Shown piece after piece: positions 50,060-60,307 of a stretch of DNA of 64,000 nucleotides. The position numbers and the translations under genes are program-made. The DNA lies in contig CAVOWV010000011.1 in NCBI GenBank assembly GCA_963700245.1, forward strand, positions 99,405-163,404. The letters run 5' to 3'. The notes beneath the pieces were generated by a model that searched no databases, had not been told where the DNA came from, and was given only the letters and a program-made list of their open reading frames with translations. This DNA comes from an uncultured Chloroflexia bacterium (GTDB lineage Bacteria; Chloroflexota; Limnocylindria; Limnocylindrales; CSP1-4). Position 1 is the first letter of the stretch. Each line of letters begins with the position of its first letter.

Positions 50060-52821
50060 CTGCGGCCTCGTCAACCACGGCGGCCAGCGCGGCACCGGTA
50101 GCCGACGCCGCTGCCTGGCACGCCCTCAGCCCCGAGGAGGCACTGCTGCCAGCAGGGCGTGGAGACGTCGACAAGGGCCTGACCTCGGCCGAGGCCGACG
50201 CTCGCCGGGCCAAGGTCGGCCCGAACACGTTCGCCGCGGCCAAGAAGACGTCGCGCGCAACACTGTTCATCCGCCAGTACGCGGACCCGATGCAGGTCGT
50301 GCTGCTCATCGCGGGCGTCATCTGCCTGTTCCTGCCGGGTCAGTTCTTCACCGGCGTCATGCTCATCCTGCTCACGCTGGGCAACGCGGTGATGGGCATG
50401 AACCAGGAGAGCAAGGCGTCGGCTGCCGCGGACGCCCTGAGCCAGACGCTCTCCGTCAAGGCCAAGACCCGCCGCAACGGCGAGCTCGTCGACCTCCCGA
50501 TGGACCAGCTGGTCCCGGGCGACATCGTCAACATCGAGGCCGGCGACCTCGTCCCGGCTGACGCACGAATCCTCGCCGCGGCGACCCTCGAGATCGACGA
50601 GTCGGCCCTCACCGGCGAGAGCGTCCCCACCCCGAAGCAGGTTGACGCGGTCGCGGCCGACGCCGCCCTCGGCGACCGCGTGGACATGGCGTTCATGAAC
50701 TGCCAGGTCACCCGTGGCTCCGGCACGATCCTCGTCGTCACGACCGGCATGGACACCCAGGTCGGCCACATCAGCGGGATGCTCACGGCCACGGTGGCGG
50801 AGCAGACGCCGCTCACCAAGCAGCTCGACGGGCTGACGCGCCAGATCCTGGTCCTCGCTGGCTTCGCGCTGACGGCGTCGATCATCCTGGGCATCTACCG
50901 CGGCGTGCCGATGCAGGAGCTGTTCCTCACCGCCGTCGCGTTCGCGATCGCGGCCATTCCCACGGCGCTCCCGGCGATCACCACGGCCATCCTGTCGAAG
51001 GGTTCCCAGATGCTCGCTGCGGCGGGCGCCATCGTGAAGCAGCTCCGCTCGGTCGAGACGCTCGGGTCCACCTCGGCGCTCAACTCCGACAAGACCGGCA
51101 CCCTCACGCTCAACCAGATGACCGCCGTCCAGATGGCGGTCGTCGGCCGGCGCTACTCGATCACCGGCGACGGCTACTCGACGACCGGCCAGATCAACCA
51201 CGCCGGCGGCCAGCCGGACGTCCCGCTCGAGCAGTACCTGCTGCCGATGGCCCTGTGCGCCGACGCCGAGGTCCGCAACGGCGAGCTCGTCGGCGACCCG
51301 ACCGAGGGAGCGCTCGTCGTCCTGGCGGCGAAGGGCGGCGTGGACCCGGCACTCACCCGCGAGCAGTACCCCCGCGTCGCCACGCTGCCGTTCGACGCGG
51401 CCTACAAGATGATGGCGACGTTCCACGCGATGAAGGACGCGGATGGCAAGGACGTCATCCGCGGCTACGTCAAGGGCGCGCCGGACCAGCTCCTCGCCCG
51501 GGCGGTGAACGCGCACGGCGCGGATGGCACGGAGGTCCCGATCGCCGCCATCCGCGACGGGTACCTCGCCGAGAACGACCGGCTCGGGAAGCAGGGCCTG
51601 CGGGTCATGGCCACCGGCCACAAGGACTTCGACCCGGCGACGTTCGACCCGGACGCCGACCTGCTGCCCGCCATCGAGGGCCTCACGCTCCTCGCGATGG
51701 TCGGCATCGTGGATCCGCCGCGGCCGGCCGCCAAGGACGCCATCGCGCGAGCGCAGCGTGCAGGGATCCAGGTCCGGATGATCACCGGCGACCATGCGGT
51801 CACCGCCGGGGCGATCGCCGCCCAGCTGGGCATCAAGGGCCGCGCGATCACGGGCGCCGAGTTCCGCGCGATGAGCGACGACGAGGCGATGCGCCAGATC
51901 GACGGCATCGGCGTCATCGCCCGGGTCTCGCCGGAGGACAAGGTCCACCTCGTGGACATCCTGCGCAAGAAGGGCCTCGTCGTCGGCATGACCGGCGACG
52001 GCGTCAACGACGCGCCGGCCCTCAAGGCGGCCGACATCGGCATCGCCATGGGGATCACCGGGACGGAGGTCAGCAAGGGCGCCGCCGACATGATCCTCAC
52101 GGACGACAACTACGCCACGATCGTGCAGGCGGTCGGGGTCGGCCGGAACATCTACGACAACCTCCTGCGGTTCATCCGCTACCAGATGGCGGCCTGCTAC
52201 GGGTACATCACGGTGTTCCTCGGCTCGTCGCTCCTGAACATCCTGGGCGGCGTCCCGTTCCTGCCGCTCCAGACCATGTGGCTCAACTTCACGGTCAACG
52301 TGTTCCAGGCGATCGGCCTGGGCTTCGGCAAGCCGAGGGACGGTCTCATGGAGCAGGCTCCGCGGCCCAAGAACCAGGCGATCATGCCGCGCCCGCTCAC
52401 CATCTGGCTGGCGGTCGTGGGACTCGTGATGGGCGGCGGCACCCTCGCCGTGATCGCGTGGGCGACCAACGCGTTCGGCAGCGACACGGTCGCGCGGACG
52501 ATGGGCGTCACGACCTTCGCGCTGTTCCGGATCGCCTCGTCGCTCGAGACGGCGGACGAGACCCGCTCGGTCTTCAGCGGCTACATCCTGGGCAACCCGG
52601 CGCTGCTCAAGGCGACGGGGCTGTCGATCGTGTCCATCGTGCTGGCGACCGAGCTCGGCATCCTCCAGAACGTGCTCGACATGACCAGCCTGACCGGCGA
52701 GCAGTGGCTCGTCTGCATCGGCGTGGCCCTGTCGCTGATCGTGGTCGAGGAGGTGAAGAAGCTGCTCAAGGTCAAGACGGAGACCGAGCCCACCGTCGCC
52801 ATCGTCCCCGCCGCCGCCTAG
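50056..52821 (+). CDS. cation-transporting P-type ATPase (type II-like) with atypical TM4 motif PTALP
   Basis: ATG overlaps ppk2 stop (ATGA); DKTGTLT phosphorylation site, TGDHAVTA, GDGVNDAPAL hinge; TM4 IAAIPTALPAIT instead of canonical PEGLP. Confidence 0.9.
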   Translation: MTAASSTTAASAAPVADAAAWHALSPEEALLPAGRGDVDKGLTSAEADARRAKVGPNTFAAAKKTSRATLFIRQYADPMQVVLLIAGVICLFLPGQFFTGVMLILLTLGNAVMGMNQESKASAAADALSQTLSVKAKTRRNGELVDLPMDQLVPGDIVNIEAGDLVPADARILAAATLEIDESALTGESVPTPKQVDAVAADAALGDRVDMAFMNCQVTRGSGTILVVTTGMDTQVGHISGMLTATVAEQTPLTKQLDGLTRQILVLAGFALTASIILGIYRGVPMQELFLTAVAFAIAAIPTALPAITTAILSKGSQMLAAAGAIVKQLRSVETLGSTSALNSDKTGTLTLNQMTAVQMAVVGRRYSITGDGYSTTGQINHAGGQPDVPLEQYLLPMALCADAEVRNGELVGDPTEGALVVLAAKGGVDPALTREQYPRVATLPFDAAYKMMATFHAMKDADGKDVIRGYVKGAPDQLLARAVNAHGADGTEVPIAAIRDGYLAENDRLGKQGLRVMATGHKDFDPATFDPDADLLPAIEGLTLLAMVGIVDPPRPAAKDAIARAQRAGIQVRMITGDHAVTAGAIAAQLGIKGRAITGAEFRAMSDDEAMRQIDGIGVIARVSPEDKVHLVDILRKKGLVVGMTGDGVNDAPALKAADIGIAMGITGTEVSKGAADMILTDDNYATIVQAVGVGRNIYDNLLRFIRYQMAACYGYITVFLGSSLLNILGGVPFLPLQTMWLNFTVNVFQAIGLGFGKPRDGLMEQAPRPKNQAIMPRPLTIWLAVVGLVMGGGTLAVIAWATNAFGSDTVARTMGVTTFALFRIASSLETADETRSVFSGYILGNPALLKATGLSIVSIVLATELGILQNVLDMTSLTGEQWLVCIGVALSLIVVEEVKKLLKVKTETEPTVAIVPAAA

Positions 52822-52973
52822 GTGGCCGCCGAGTCCATCGAAGGGATGGCATCGGGACAGACCTCGACGCCATCCACCACAGCGGAGGAAGTGGAGGGAG
52901 ACGTCGCCACCGATAATCGAGCCTGTCCATCATCGATCCAGCATCACGGCAAGAGCCAAGGAGACAACCAGCA

Positions 52974-53597
52974 ATGACCGAAGAGACCAAGGACGCCGCC
53001 GCAGCTCCCGAGGAGCCCGTGGATACCGCCGTCGTGGTGGCCGCTGACGAGGCCGGCGTCGAGGCCGTGGCCGCGATCGCGGTCCAGGGGAACCGTGCCC
53101 TGATCGTGGCCCAGTTCGCCGACATGGATGCGGCCAAGAAGGCCTACTACACGCTGATCGACGCCGAGGCCAAGCGCGCCATCGACATCGACGGCGTGAT
53201 GGTCGTCAACGCCGACTACCAGGGCAAGATCAACGTCCAGAAGATGACCGACCACAAGACCCGCAACGGCTTCCTGTGGGGCGCCGCCGGTGGTGTGGTC
53301 CTCGGGATCATCTTCCCGCCCTCGATCATCGCCAGCGCCGTGGCCGTCGGCGTCGCCGGCGCCGCCGTCGGCAAGGTCGGCCACACCATGGCCAAGGGCA
53401 AGGTCGCGGACGAGCTGGCCGGGGTGATCACGCCCGGAACGTCGGGCATCATCGCCATCGTCGAGATCACCGCGGTCGACGCGGTGAAGGCGGAGATCCC
53501 GGACGCGAAGGTCGTCAAGTCCGCGCCCGTGGACGACGAGACCGCCGCCGCCGTCCAGGCGGCCGCCGCGGCCTCGGGAGACGCATCCGCCAGCTGA
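52974..53597 (+). CDS. DUF1269-like membrane protein (paralog 1)
   Basis: aaggag RBS; N-terminal alpha/beta domain (ALIVAQFADMDAAKKAYYTL...) plus glycine-zipper membrane segment (GAAGGVVLGIIFPPSIIASAVAVGVAGAAVG); family assignment from memory. Confidence 0.55.
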   Translation: MTEETKDAAAAPEEPVDTAVVVAADEAGVEAVAAIAVQGNRALIVAQFADMDAAKKAYYTLIDAEAKRAIDIDGVMVVNADYQGKINVQKMTDHKTRNGFLWGAAGGVVLGIIFPPSIIASAVAVGVAGAAVGKVGHTMAKGKVADELAGVITPGTSGIIAIVEITAVDAVKAEIPDAKVVKSAPVDDETAAAVQAAAAASGDASAS

Positions 53598-53750
53598 CCG
53601 GCGGGCATCGCACGCTCGCGCGGGAGCTGACCCGGGCCCCACGGCCCGCAGGGGTCCTGCGCCGTTCCAGGCAGACAGAGAAGCCGGCCCGAGGGCCGGC
53701 TTCTCTGGTGCTGTTCGCGGGTCGATCGGCCCGCGCGAGAGCCTGTTCGA

Positions 53751-54248
53751 TCAGGCCTCGGCTGCGGGAGCCTCGGGAGCCGCCTCGGCGACGGCCACCA
53801 GGGCCTCGTCGGTCACGTCCATGGCCTCGACCTCGCCGCCGAGCTCGGCCAGCTTGCCGGCGATCAGGTCCGCCTCGTCGCCCTTGGCCAGGACGCCCAC
53901 GGCGGCCTTGCCACCGGCGAGCTCCGTACCGATGCGGGCCTTGTCCTCGGTCTTCATGCCGAGGCCCTTGTGGTGGAAGTGCCCGAGGACCGCGCCACCG
54001 ACCACACCGGCCAGGAGCGTCGGGGGCGCCACGATCGCCAGGACGAGGCCGATGCCGGCGCCCTTGGCCTTGCTGCGCGAGCCCATCTTGTTCGTCTTGA
54101 GCGCGCCATTCTCGTCGAGGACGAGCACGCCGATCGAGGTGAGCTTCACCTCGTCGCTCGCCTTGTCCCACGCCTTCAGCGCCTCGACTGCCGCGTCCGC
54201 GGCAGCCTCGTCTGCGAAGACCCCCAGAACCACCTGGTTCTCAGCCAT
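53751..54248 (-). CDS. DUF1269-like membrane protein (paralog 2)
   Basis: aaggag RBS before internal ATG (M39 of ORF 53751..54362); VVLGVFADEAAADAAVEALKAWD... plus glycine zipper GAGIGLVLAIVAPPTLLAGVVGGAVLG. Confidence 0.5.
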   Translation of the reverse strand: MAENQVVLGVFADEAAADAAVEALKAWDKASDEVKLTSIGVLVLDENGALKTNKMGSRSKAKGAGIGLVLAIVAPPTLLAGVVGGAVLGHFHHKGLGMKTEDKARIGTELAGGKAAVGVLAKGDEADLIAGKLAELGGEVEAMDVTDEALVAVAEAAPEAPAAEA

Positions 54249-54548
54249 CTTGTTGCTCCTTCGATCCTTCGCCGGTGCGGGCGGAGGACACCTCCGTTGC
54301 GCAACTCGACCGCCACCTGACCGCTGGGCGCCAGTGGCCGTCCCGATCGAGCAGAAGCGCAAGGATACCCCGGCGCGGCCTCAACGCCCGAACCGCCCAT
54401 TCCGCGATGGCGCGCCCCGGGCGGTGGCACCGGTGGCAGCCGCAGTCTTCCGCGCGATGATCGGCTCCATACTGGCCCGGTCCGGGAACGAGAGAAGAGG
54501 GCAGAGGGTGTACCTCCGGAGACAGGCGACCATCCTCGGGCCGGCCCG

Positions 54549-55772
54549 ATGAACCACCGGGACATCGCGCTGCTGTTCACCGCCCGCTGCATCCGGATGT
54601 TCGGCTACGGGCTGCTGGCAGTCGTGGTTGTCCTCTACCTGGACGCCGTGGGCCTGTCGGGCGCGCAGATCGGCCTGCTGCTGGCGCTCACGCTCCTCGG
54701 CGACGCGGCGATCTCCTTGTGGCTGACCACGCATGCCGATCGCCTGGGAAGGCGGCGCGTCCTCCTGTTGGGTGCCGTCCTGCTCCTGGCGGGCGGACTC
54801 GCCTTCGCGGCCACGCCGGTGTTCGCGGTGCTGCTGGTGGCGGCGACGATCGGCGTCATCAGCCCCAGCGGCAACGAGGTCGGGCCGTTCCTCGCCGTGG
54901 AGCAGGCCTCGCTCACGCAGCTCGTGGACCCGAACCGCCGGACCCGCCTGTTCACGCGCTACCAGCTCGCCGGCTCGCTGGCGACCGCGTTCGGCGCGCT
55001 GGCCGCGGGGGCGGTCGTCCAGCTCGCCGCGGGGCGTGTCGTGGACGAGGCCGACGCCTACCGGGCCGTGATCGTCGGCTATGCCCTCGTCGGCGTGGCC
55101 CTGGCGGTCGTGTTCTGGCGCGTCTCGCCGGCCGTCGAGGTCCCCGCTGCCGAGGTGGTCGACCCGACGATCCGCACGCGGCTCGGGCTCCACCGGTCGC
55201 AGGGCGTGGTGATGCGCCTGTCCGCCCTGTTCGCCCTGGATGCGTTCGCCGGCGGCTTCGTGATGCAGAGCTTCATCGCCTTCTGGTTCAGCGAGCGCTT
55301 CGGGGTGGATCCCGGCGTGCTGGGCGTGATCCTGTTCGGGGCCAACATCCTGGCGGCAGTCTCGGCGCTCGCCGCGGGCCCCCTGGCCGCACGCTTCGGG
55401 CTCGTCCGGACCATGGTGTACACGCACCTGCCGTCGAACGTGCTGCTGATCCTCGTGCCCTTGATGCCGACGCTGCCGCTGGCCGTGCTCGCGCTCCTCG
55501 TCCGGTTCAGCATCAGCCAGATGGACGTGCCCACGCGCCAGTCCTACACCATGGCGATCGTGGCTCCCGACGAGCGATCCGCGGCCGCCGGGGTCACGGG
55601 GATCGCGCGCAGCCTCGGGGTCGCGGCGTCACCGCTCATCGCCGCACCGCTGCTCGTCGGGTCCGCGTACATCGGGGCGCCGTTCGTGATCGCAGGGTCG
55701 CTCAAGATCGTCTACGACCTGCTCCTCTATCGCCGGTTCCAGGCCGTGCGGCCACCCGAGGAGCGCGCATAA
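54549..55772 (+). CDS. MFS transporter
   Basis: 12 predicted TM; DRLGRRRVLLLG motif-A-like loop between TM2 and TM3. Confidence 0.8.
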   Translation: MNHRDIALLFTARCIRMFGYGLLAVVVVLYLDAVGLSGAQIGLLLALTLLGDAAISLWLTTHADRLGRRRVLLLGAVLLLAGGLAFAATPVFAVLLVAATIGVISPSGNEVGPFLAVEQASLTQLVDPNRRTRLFTRYQLAGSLATAFGALAAGAVVQLAAGRVVDEADAYRAVIVGYALVGVALAVVFWRVSPAVEVPAAEVVDPTIRTRLGLHRSQGVVMRLSALFALDAFAGGFVMQSFIAFWFSERFGVDPGVLGVILFGANILAAVSALAAGPLAARFGLVRTMVYTHLPSNVLLILVPLMPTLPLAVLALLVRFSISQMDVPTRQSYTMAIVAPDERSAAAGVTGIARSLGVAASPLIAAPLLVGSAYIGAPFVIAGSLKIVYDLLLYRRFQAVRPPEERA

Positions 55773-55887
55773 GCCGTCGCGGTGCGACCCCGCTGACGGT
55801 GAGGCCGGTCCAGCCGGTCCACGCGGCCGTGATGGTCGATACTGTGCCCAGCGACCCCGCCGAAGAAGCCCAGGAAGGAAACGACCC

Positions 55888-56382
55888 ATGGCCGACCAGC
55901 TGACCGACGTCCTCGTCGCGGGGTATCCCGACGTCGAGCGGGCGACGAAGGAGTTCGACGACCTCGTCGCCGCGGTGAAGGCGAAGTCGGTCCGGATCGA
56001 AGGCGCCATCCTCATCACCCACGACAAGGACGGCGACGTCGTCGTCCAGCAGACCGGCGACCACCTCGGGCGCAAGGGCCTGGGCTACGGCGGCTCGGTC
56101 GGCTTCCTCGTGGGCCTGGCCGCTCCCCCGCTGCTGGCGGCAACGGTCATCGGGGCAGCGGCGGGCGGGATCGCCGGCCGCTTCGCGAAGCACAAGATGG
56201 AGACCGGCCTCCACGACAAGATCGGCGAGGCACTCAAGCCCGGCACGGCCGCCATCCTCGCGATGTTCGAGGAGGACCAGGCCCTCGCCGTCCAGCAGGT
56301 CCTGGGCGGGGCCCTGGCACGATCGGTCGTCCAGACGGAGAAATCCGGCACGGCCGCGCTGAAGGACTCCCTCGCCGAGGCG
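55888..56382 (+). CDS. DUF1269-like domain (paralog 3), in frame with the downstream arylsulfatase and no intervening stop
   Basis: VLVAGYPDVERATKEFDDLVAAVKAKSVRIEGAILITHDKDGDVVVQQTGD...GGSVGFLVGLAAPPLLAATVIGAAAGGIAG; continues ...SLAEAMGKFSQDRTVLPIPD into the sulfatase. Confidence 0.5.
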
Positions 56383-58796
56383 ATGGGCAAGTTCAGCCAG
56401 GACCGGACCGTGCTGCCGATCCCCGACCGCACCTTCGGCGGGGTGGCCGGACGGACGATGGACACGTCCGTGGGCGACTGGTCGATGATCCCGGGGCCGA
56501 AGGCGCCCGACGGCGCCCCGAACGTCCTGCTCGTGCTCATCGACGACGCGGGCTTCGGCGGGCCGGACACGTTCGGCGGCGAGATCCGGACGCCGACGCC
56601 TGACGCGGATCCAGCAGGCGGGCTGACCTACAACCGCTTCCACGTCACCGCGGTCTGCTCGCCGACGCGCGCCGCCATGCTCACCGGACGCAACCACCAC
56701 CGCGTGGGCATGGGCGGCGTCGCCGAGTTCCCCGGCCCGTTCCCGGGCTACACGGGGACGCGGCCGCGCAGCTGCACGGCCCTGCCCAGGATCCTCAAGG
56801 AGAACGGGTACATCACCGGCGGCTTCGGCAAGTGGCACATGACGCCGGGGCGCGAGATGGGTCCCGCGGGGCCGTTCGAGCACTGGCCGCAGGCCTGGGG
56901 CTTCGACCACTGGTGGGGGTTCCTGACCGGGCGCCGCCGGCCAGTACGACCCGATCATCACCCAGGACAACTCGGTCCTCGGCGTGCCGGAGGGCGAGGA
57001 CGGGAAGCTGTACTACTTCCCCGACGACATCACGGACAAGTCGGTCGAGTGGCTGCACGCGGTGCGAGCCCATGACGCCACCAAGCCCTGGTTCCTCTAC
57101 TACTCGACCGGCGCGACCCACGCACCGCACCACGTCGCCAGCGAGTGGGCGGACAAGTACAAGGGCCAGTTCGACGACGGCTGGGACGCGTACCGCGAGC
57201 GGACGCTCGCGCGCCAGAAGAAGCTCGGCATCGTCCCGCCGGAGACCGAGCTCGCCGCGCGTCCCGATCCATACCCCGCGTGGGACACCCTGGGCGACGC
57301 CGAGAAGCGCCTGTACGCCCGCCAGATGGAGGTGTTCGCCGGCTTCTCGGAGAACGCCGACTGGAACGTCGGCCGCCTCATCGACGCGGTCGAGGAGATG
57401 GGCGAGCTCGACAACACCATCGTCGTCTACATCTGGGGCGACAACGGCGCGTCCATGGAGGGCACCATCACCGGGTCCTTCAACGAGACCACGTTCTTCA
57501 ACGGCCTGGTCCTGGACGCCGAGGACCAGCTCGCGGCTGATCGAGAAGTTCGGCGGCCTCGAGGGCCTGGGCGGCTTCCACAGCGCACCCCACTTCGCGG
57601 CAGCCTGGGCGCACGCCCAGAACACGCCCTTCCAGTGGGGCAAGCAGATGGCGAGCCACCTCGGCGGCGCCCGCGACCCGATGGTCATCGCGTGGCCCGG
57701 GCACATCAAGGGCGGGGGCGACCTCCGGACGCAGTTCACGCACTGCATCGACATCGCGCCCACGATCCTGGACCTGGTGGGCATCCCGGAACCCAAGGTC
57801 GTGGACGGGATCGAGCAGGAGCCGATGGACGGCACGCCGTTCACGTACACGTTCGACGACCCGGCGGCAGACGAGCGGCACACCGTCCAGTACTTCGAGA
57901 TGTATGGCAGCCGCGCGATCTACAAGGACGGCTGGTGGGCCTGCGCCCGCCTGGACAAGCTGCCGTGGGACTTCTCGCCGGCGACCCTCGCCCGGTTCAA
58001 GCCGGGCAGCGGGTATGACCCCGACCAGGACAAGTGGGAGCTGTACTACCTGCCCGACGACTTCTCGCAGGCCCACGACATCGCGGCCGAGAACCCGGCG
58101 AAGCTCGCAGAGCTCAGGGAGCTCTTCTGGCAGGAGGCCGCCCGGAACCGTGCGCTGCCGCTGCTGGGCGGCATGGCCGTGTTCTTCGGCATCCTGCCGC
58201 CCATGCCCACGAACACGCGTCACACGTTCGCGGGCGACGTCCAGAACGTCTCGACCACGGTGATCCCGCGGATCTACGGGCGGTCGTACTCGATCGAGGC
58301 CGACATCCACGTGCCCGAGGGCGGCGCGGAGGGCGTCCTGTGCGCCTTCGCCGACTTCATCGGCGGCTTCTCGCTGTGGGTGGACGAGCGCGGTCACCTC
58401 AACCACACGTACCAGTTCCTGGGCGTGGAGACCTACAAGCAGGTCTCGACCGAGCCGGTCCCGACCGGCGACGTCCTCGTCAAGATGCTGTTCGAGATCG
58501 ACGAGCCCAAGCCGGGCTCCGGTGGCGACGTCACCCTGTGGGCGAACGGCAAGCAGATCGGCGAGGGCAGGCTGGATCACACCTGCTCGATGCTGTTCAC
58601 GACCTACGCCGGCATGGACATGGGCCGCGACAACGGCGGCGTCGTGGACGACGCCTACGAGGACAAGGCGCCGTACGCCTTCACCGGCACGCTGCGGAAC
58701 GTCGTGTTCGACCTCAAGCCGATGGCTCTCGAGGCCGAACAGGCGCTGCACGAGGCCGCGTCGACAGCCGGCGTCGCGAGCGGCGCGGGCGGGTGA
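56383..58796 (+). CDS. arylsulfatase (AtsA-like), two apparent 1-nt frameshifts (~56935 and ~57528)
   Basis: Mycobacterial-AtsA-like N-term RTVLPIPDRTFGG...APNVLLVLIDDAGFGG; formylglycine motif CSPTRAAMLTGR; three consecutive frames (ORFs 55888, 56984, 56832) each carry contiguous sulfatase sequence. Confidence 0.8.
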
Positions 58797-58838
58797 TGGA
58801 GTTGGGCCTGATGCACGGCCCGCGAATGGAGGAGATCG

Positions 58839-59264
58839 ATGGCGACGAAGGCGGACTTCACTGCTGACGAGTGGGACAGCCTGCACATCGGCGTGACCGG
58901 CGCAGGCATGCTGGTGTCCCTCAGCGATCGTGACCTGAGCGACAGCTTCGGGGAATCGACCGCGATGGCGAAGTACATGGCCGGCCAGGCCACGGCCGGC
59001 CCGACCCAGCTGATCCGCGAGATCGCCGCTGTGCACGGCACCGGGTTCGGCATGACCGCCTCACCGGAGAAGGTCCGTGCGAAGACGATGGAGGCGCTCG
59101 CGTCGTCCATCGACACCCTGTCGGCCAAGGCGCCGGACGAGGTCGACCCGTACCGGGCCCTCGTCCTCGGGATTGCCGGGGCCGTCGCCGAGGCCAAGGG
59201 TGGGGTGGCAGCGGTCGAATCCTCGATGATCGAGGAGATCAGGAAGGCGATCGGCGCGGGCTGA
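58839..59264 (+). CDS. hypothetical cytoplasmic protein (141 aa)
   Basis: ggaggag RBS; MATKADFTADEWDSLHIGVTGAG...; no motif recognised. Confidence 0.45.
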   Translation: MATKADFTADEWDSLHIGVTGAGMLVSLSDRDLSDSFGESTAMAKYMAGQATAGPTQLIREIAAVHGTGFGMTASPEKVRAKTMEALASSIDTLSAKAPDEVDPYRALVLGIAGAVAEAKGGVAAVESSMIEEIRKAIGAG

Positions 59265-59312
59265 TCCGGCGGGCTGATCCGGCGGGCTGATCCGGCGGGC
59301 AGGTCAGCCCGC
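59256..59312. repeat. 13-bp tandem repeat x3 (gcgggctgatccg) followed by palindromic hairpin gcgggcaggtcagcccgc; bidirectional terminator region
   Basis: Read directly; first copy contains the TGA of the 58839 gene, hairpin contains the stop of the convergent 59304 gene. Confidence 0.55.
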
Positions 59313-60192
59313 GGCGATCGGCGGCTCGAACAGCATCAGGTTGTGGCGTGCCCTGCGCGTGTCGAGAGCGACCATGGCGCGCCCATTCGGCGTGAACGCG
59401 AGCCCCTCGGGCTTGCCGTCCAGGTCGCCCAGCGTCCAGGTCGCGAGGGCCTCGGCCTCGCCTCCGGGCAACCGGAGATCCTCGAGCCGCGCGATCGAGC
59501 CCGACTTGTCGCTGAGCACGTACAGGCGCCCGTCAGGGCCCACCTCCAGGTCGCTGAAGTCGGCGCACGCCTTGCGCAGGGCCTTGTCCGGCCGCCAGAT
59601 CGCGAGGGCCTGGTAGCGATGCTCGCCGGGCTCGATCTCCCATGCCAGTCCCGAGGGGAGCGCCCCGCCGCGGGCCAGCCCCGCCGGCTTCGCGCCCGGG
59701 CGGCCCGAACTCGATGAGCGCCGACGGATCCTTCTCCTTGGCCACGAGCAGATGGCCGCCGGGCAGGAACACGACCCCCTCCCCGTGCGAGCCCGCCGGA
59801 TCCGCCCAGGACCGGGCGACGTCGTCATCGCCCGGGAGCGAGAGCTCGATCGAGGCGACGACGCGGCGCCCAGGCGGGTCGATCAGCTCCGCTCGCGGCG
59901 GCGATTCCTGGAGCAGCAGGATTCGACCCGCGCCATCGGCACACACGGCCTCGATCTGCGGATCGTCCTCCGGCATGTGCGTGCCCTCCAGGCCGGCGAC
60001 GTCGGCGGTACGCCAGTCGAGCGACGCAAGGTCGTCGCGCGGCTGCGCGAACCAGGCCGCCACCGCGACGCGGTCGCCGATCGCCACGAGTGACTGCTCG
60101 CCGGCCGGACCCCGCCGCAGGCAGATGCCGGACACCTCCTCGAGCGGGACATCCACGACGCGGAACACCTTGAGGCGGCTGCCTGCCTTCAA
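59304..60192 (-). CDS. hypothetical beta-propeller-like protein (possibly SdiA-regulated/YjiK-like), apparent 1-nt frameshift near ~59700
   Basis: TTG start with ggagac RBS; ORF 59533..60192 (..VFLPGGHLLVAKEKDPSALIEFGPPG) continues in ORF 59304..59828 frame (AKPAGLARGGALPSGLAWEIEPGE...); family call tentative. Confidence 0.45.
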
Positions 60193-60307
60193 CGAACGGG
60201 TCTCCAGGACGGGCGGGCGAGGGACGTTTCCAGTCTACGGCGGGCCGATCGCAGCGACCCGGTCACGACCTCACTCGCGGCCCTCATGGTCGTGGTACTG
60301 GCAGCGC

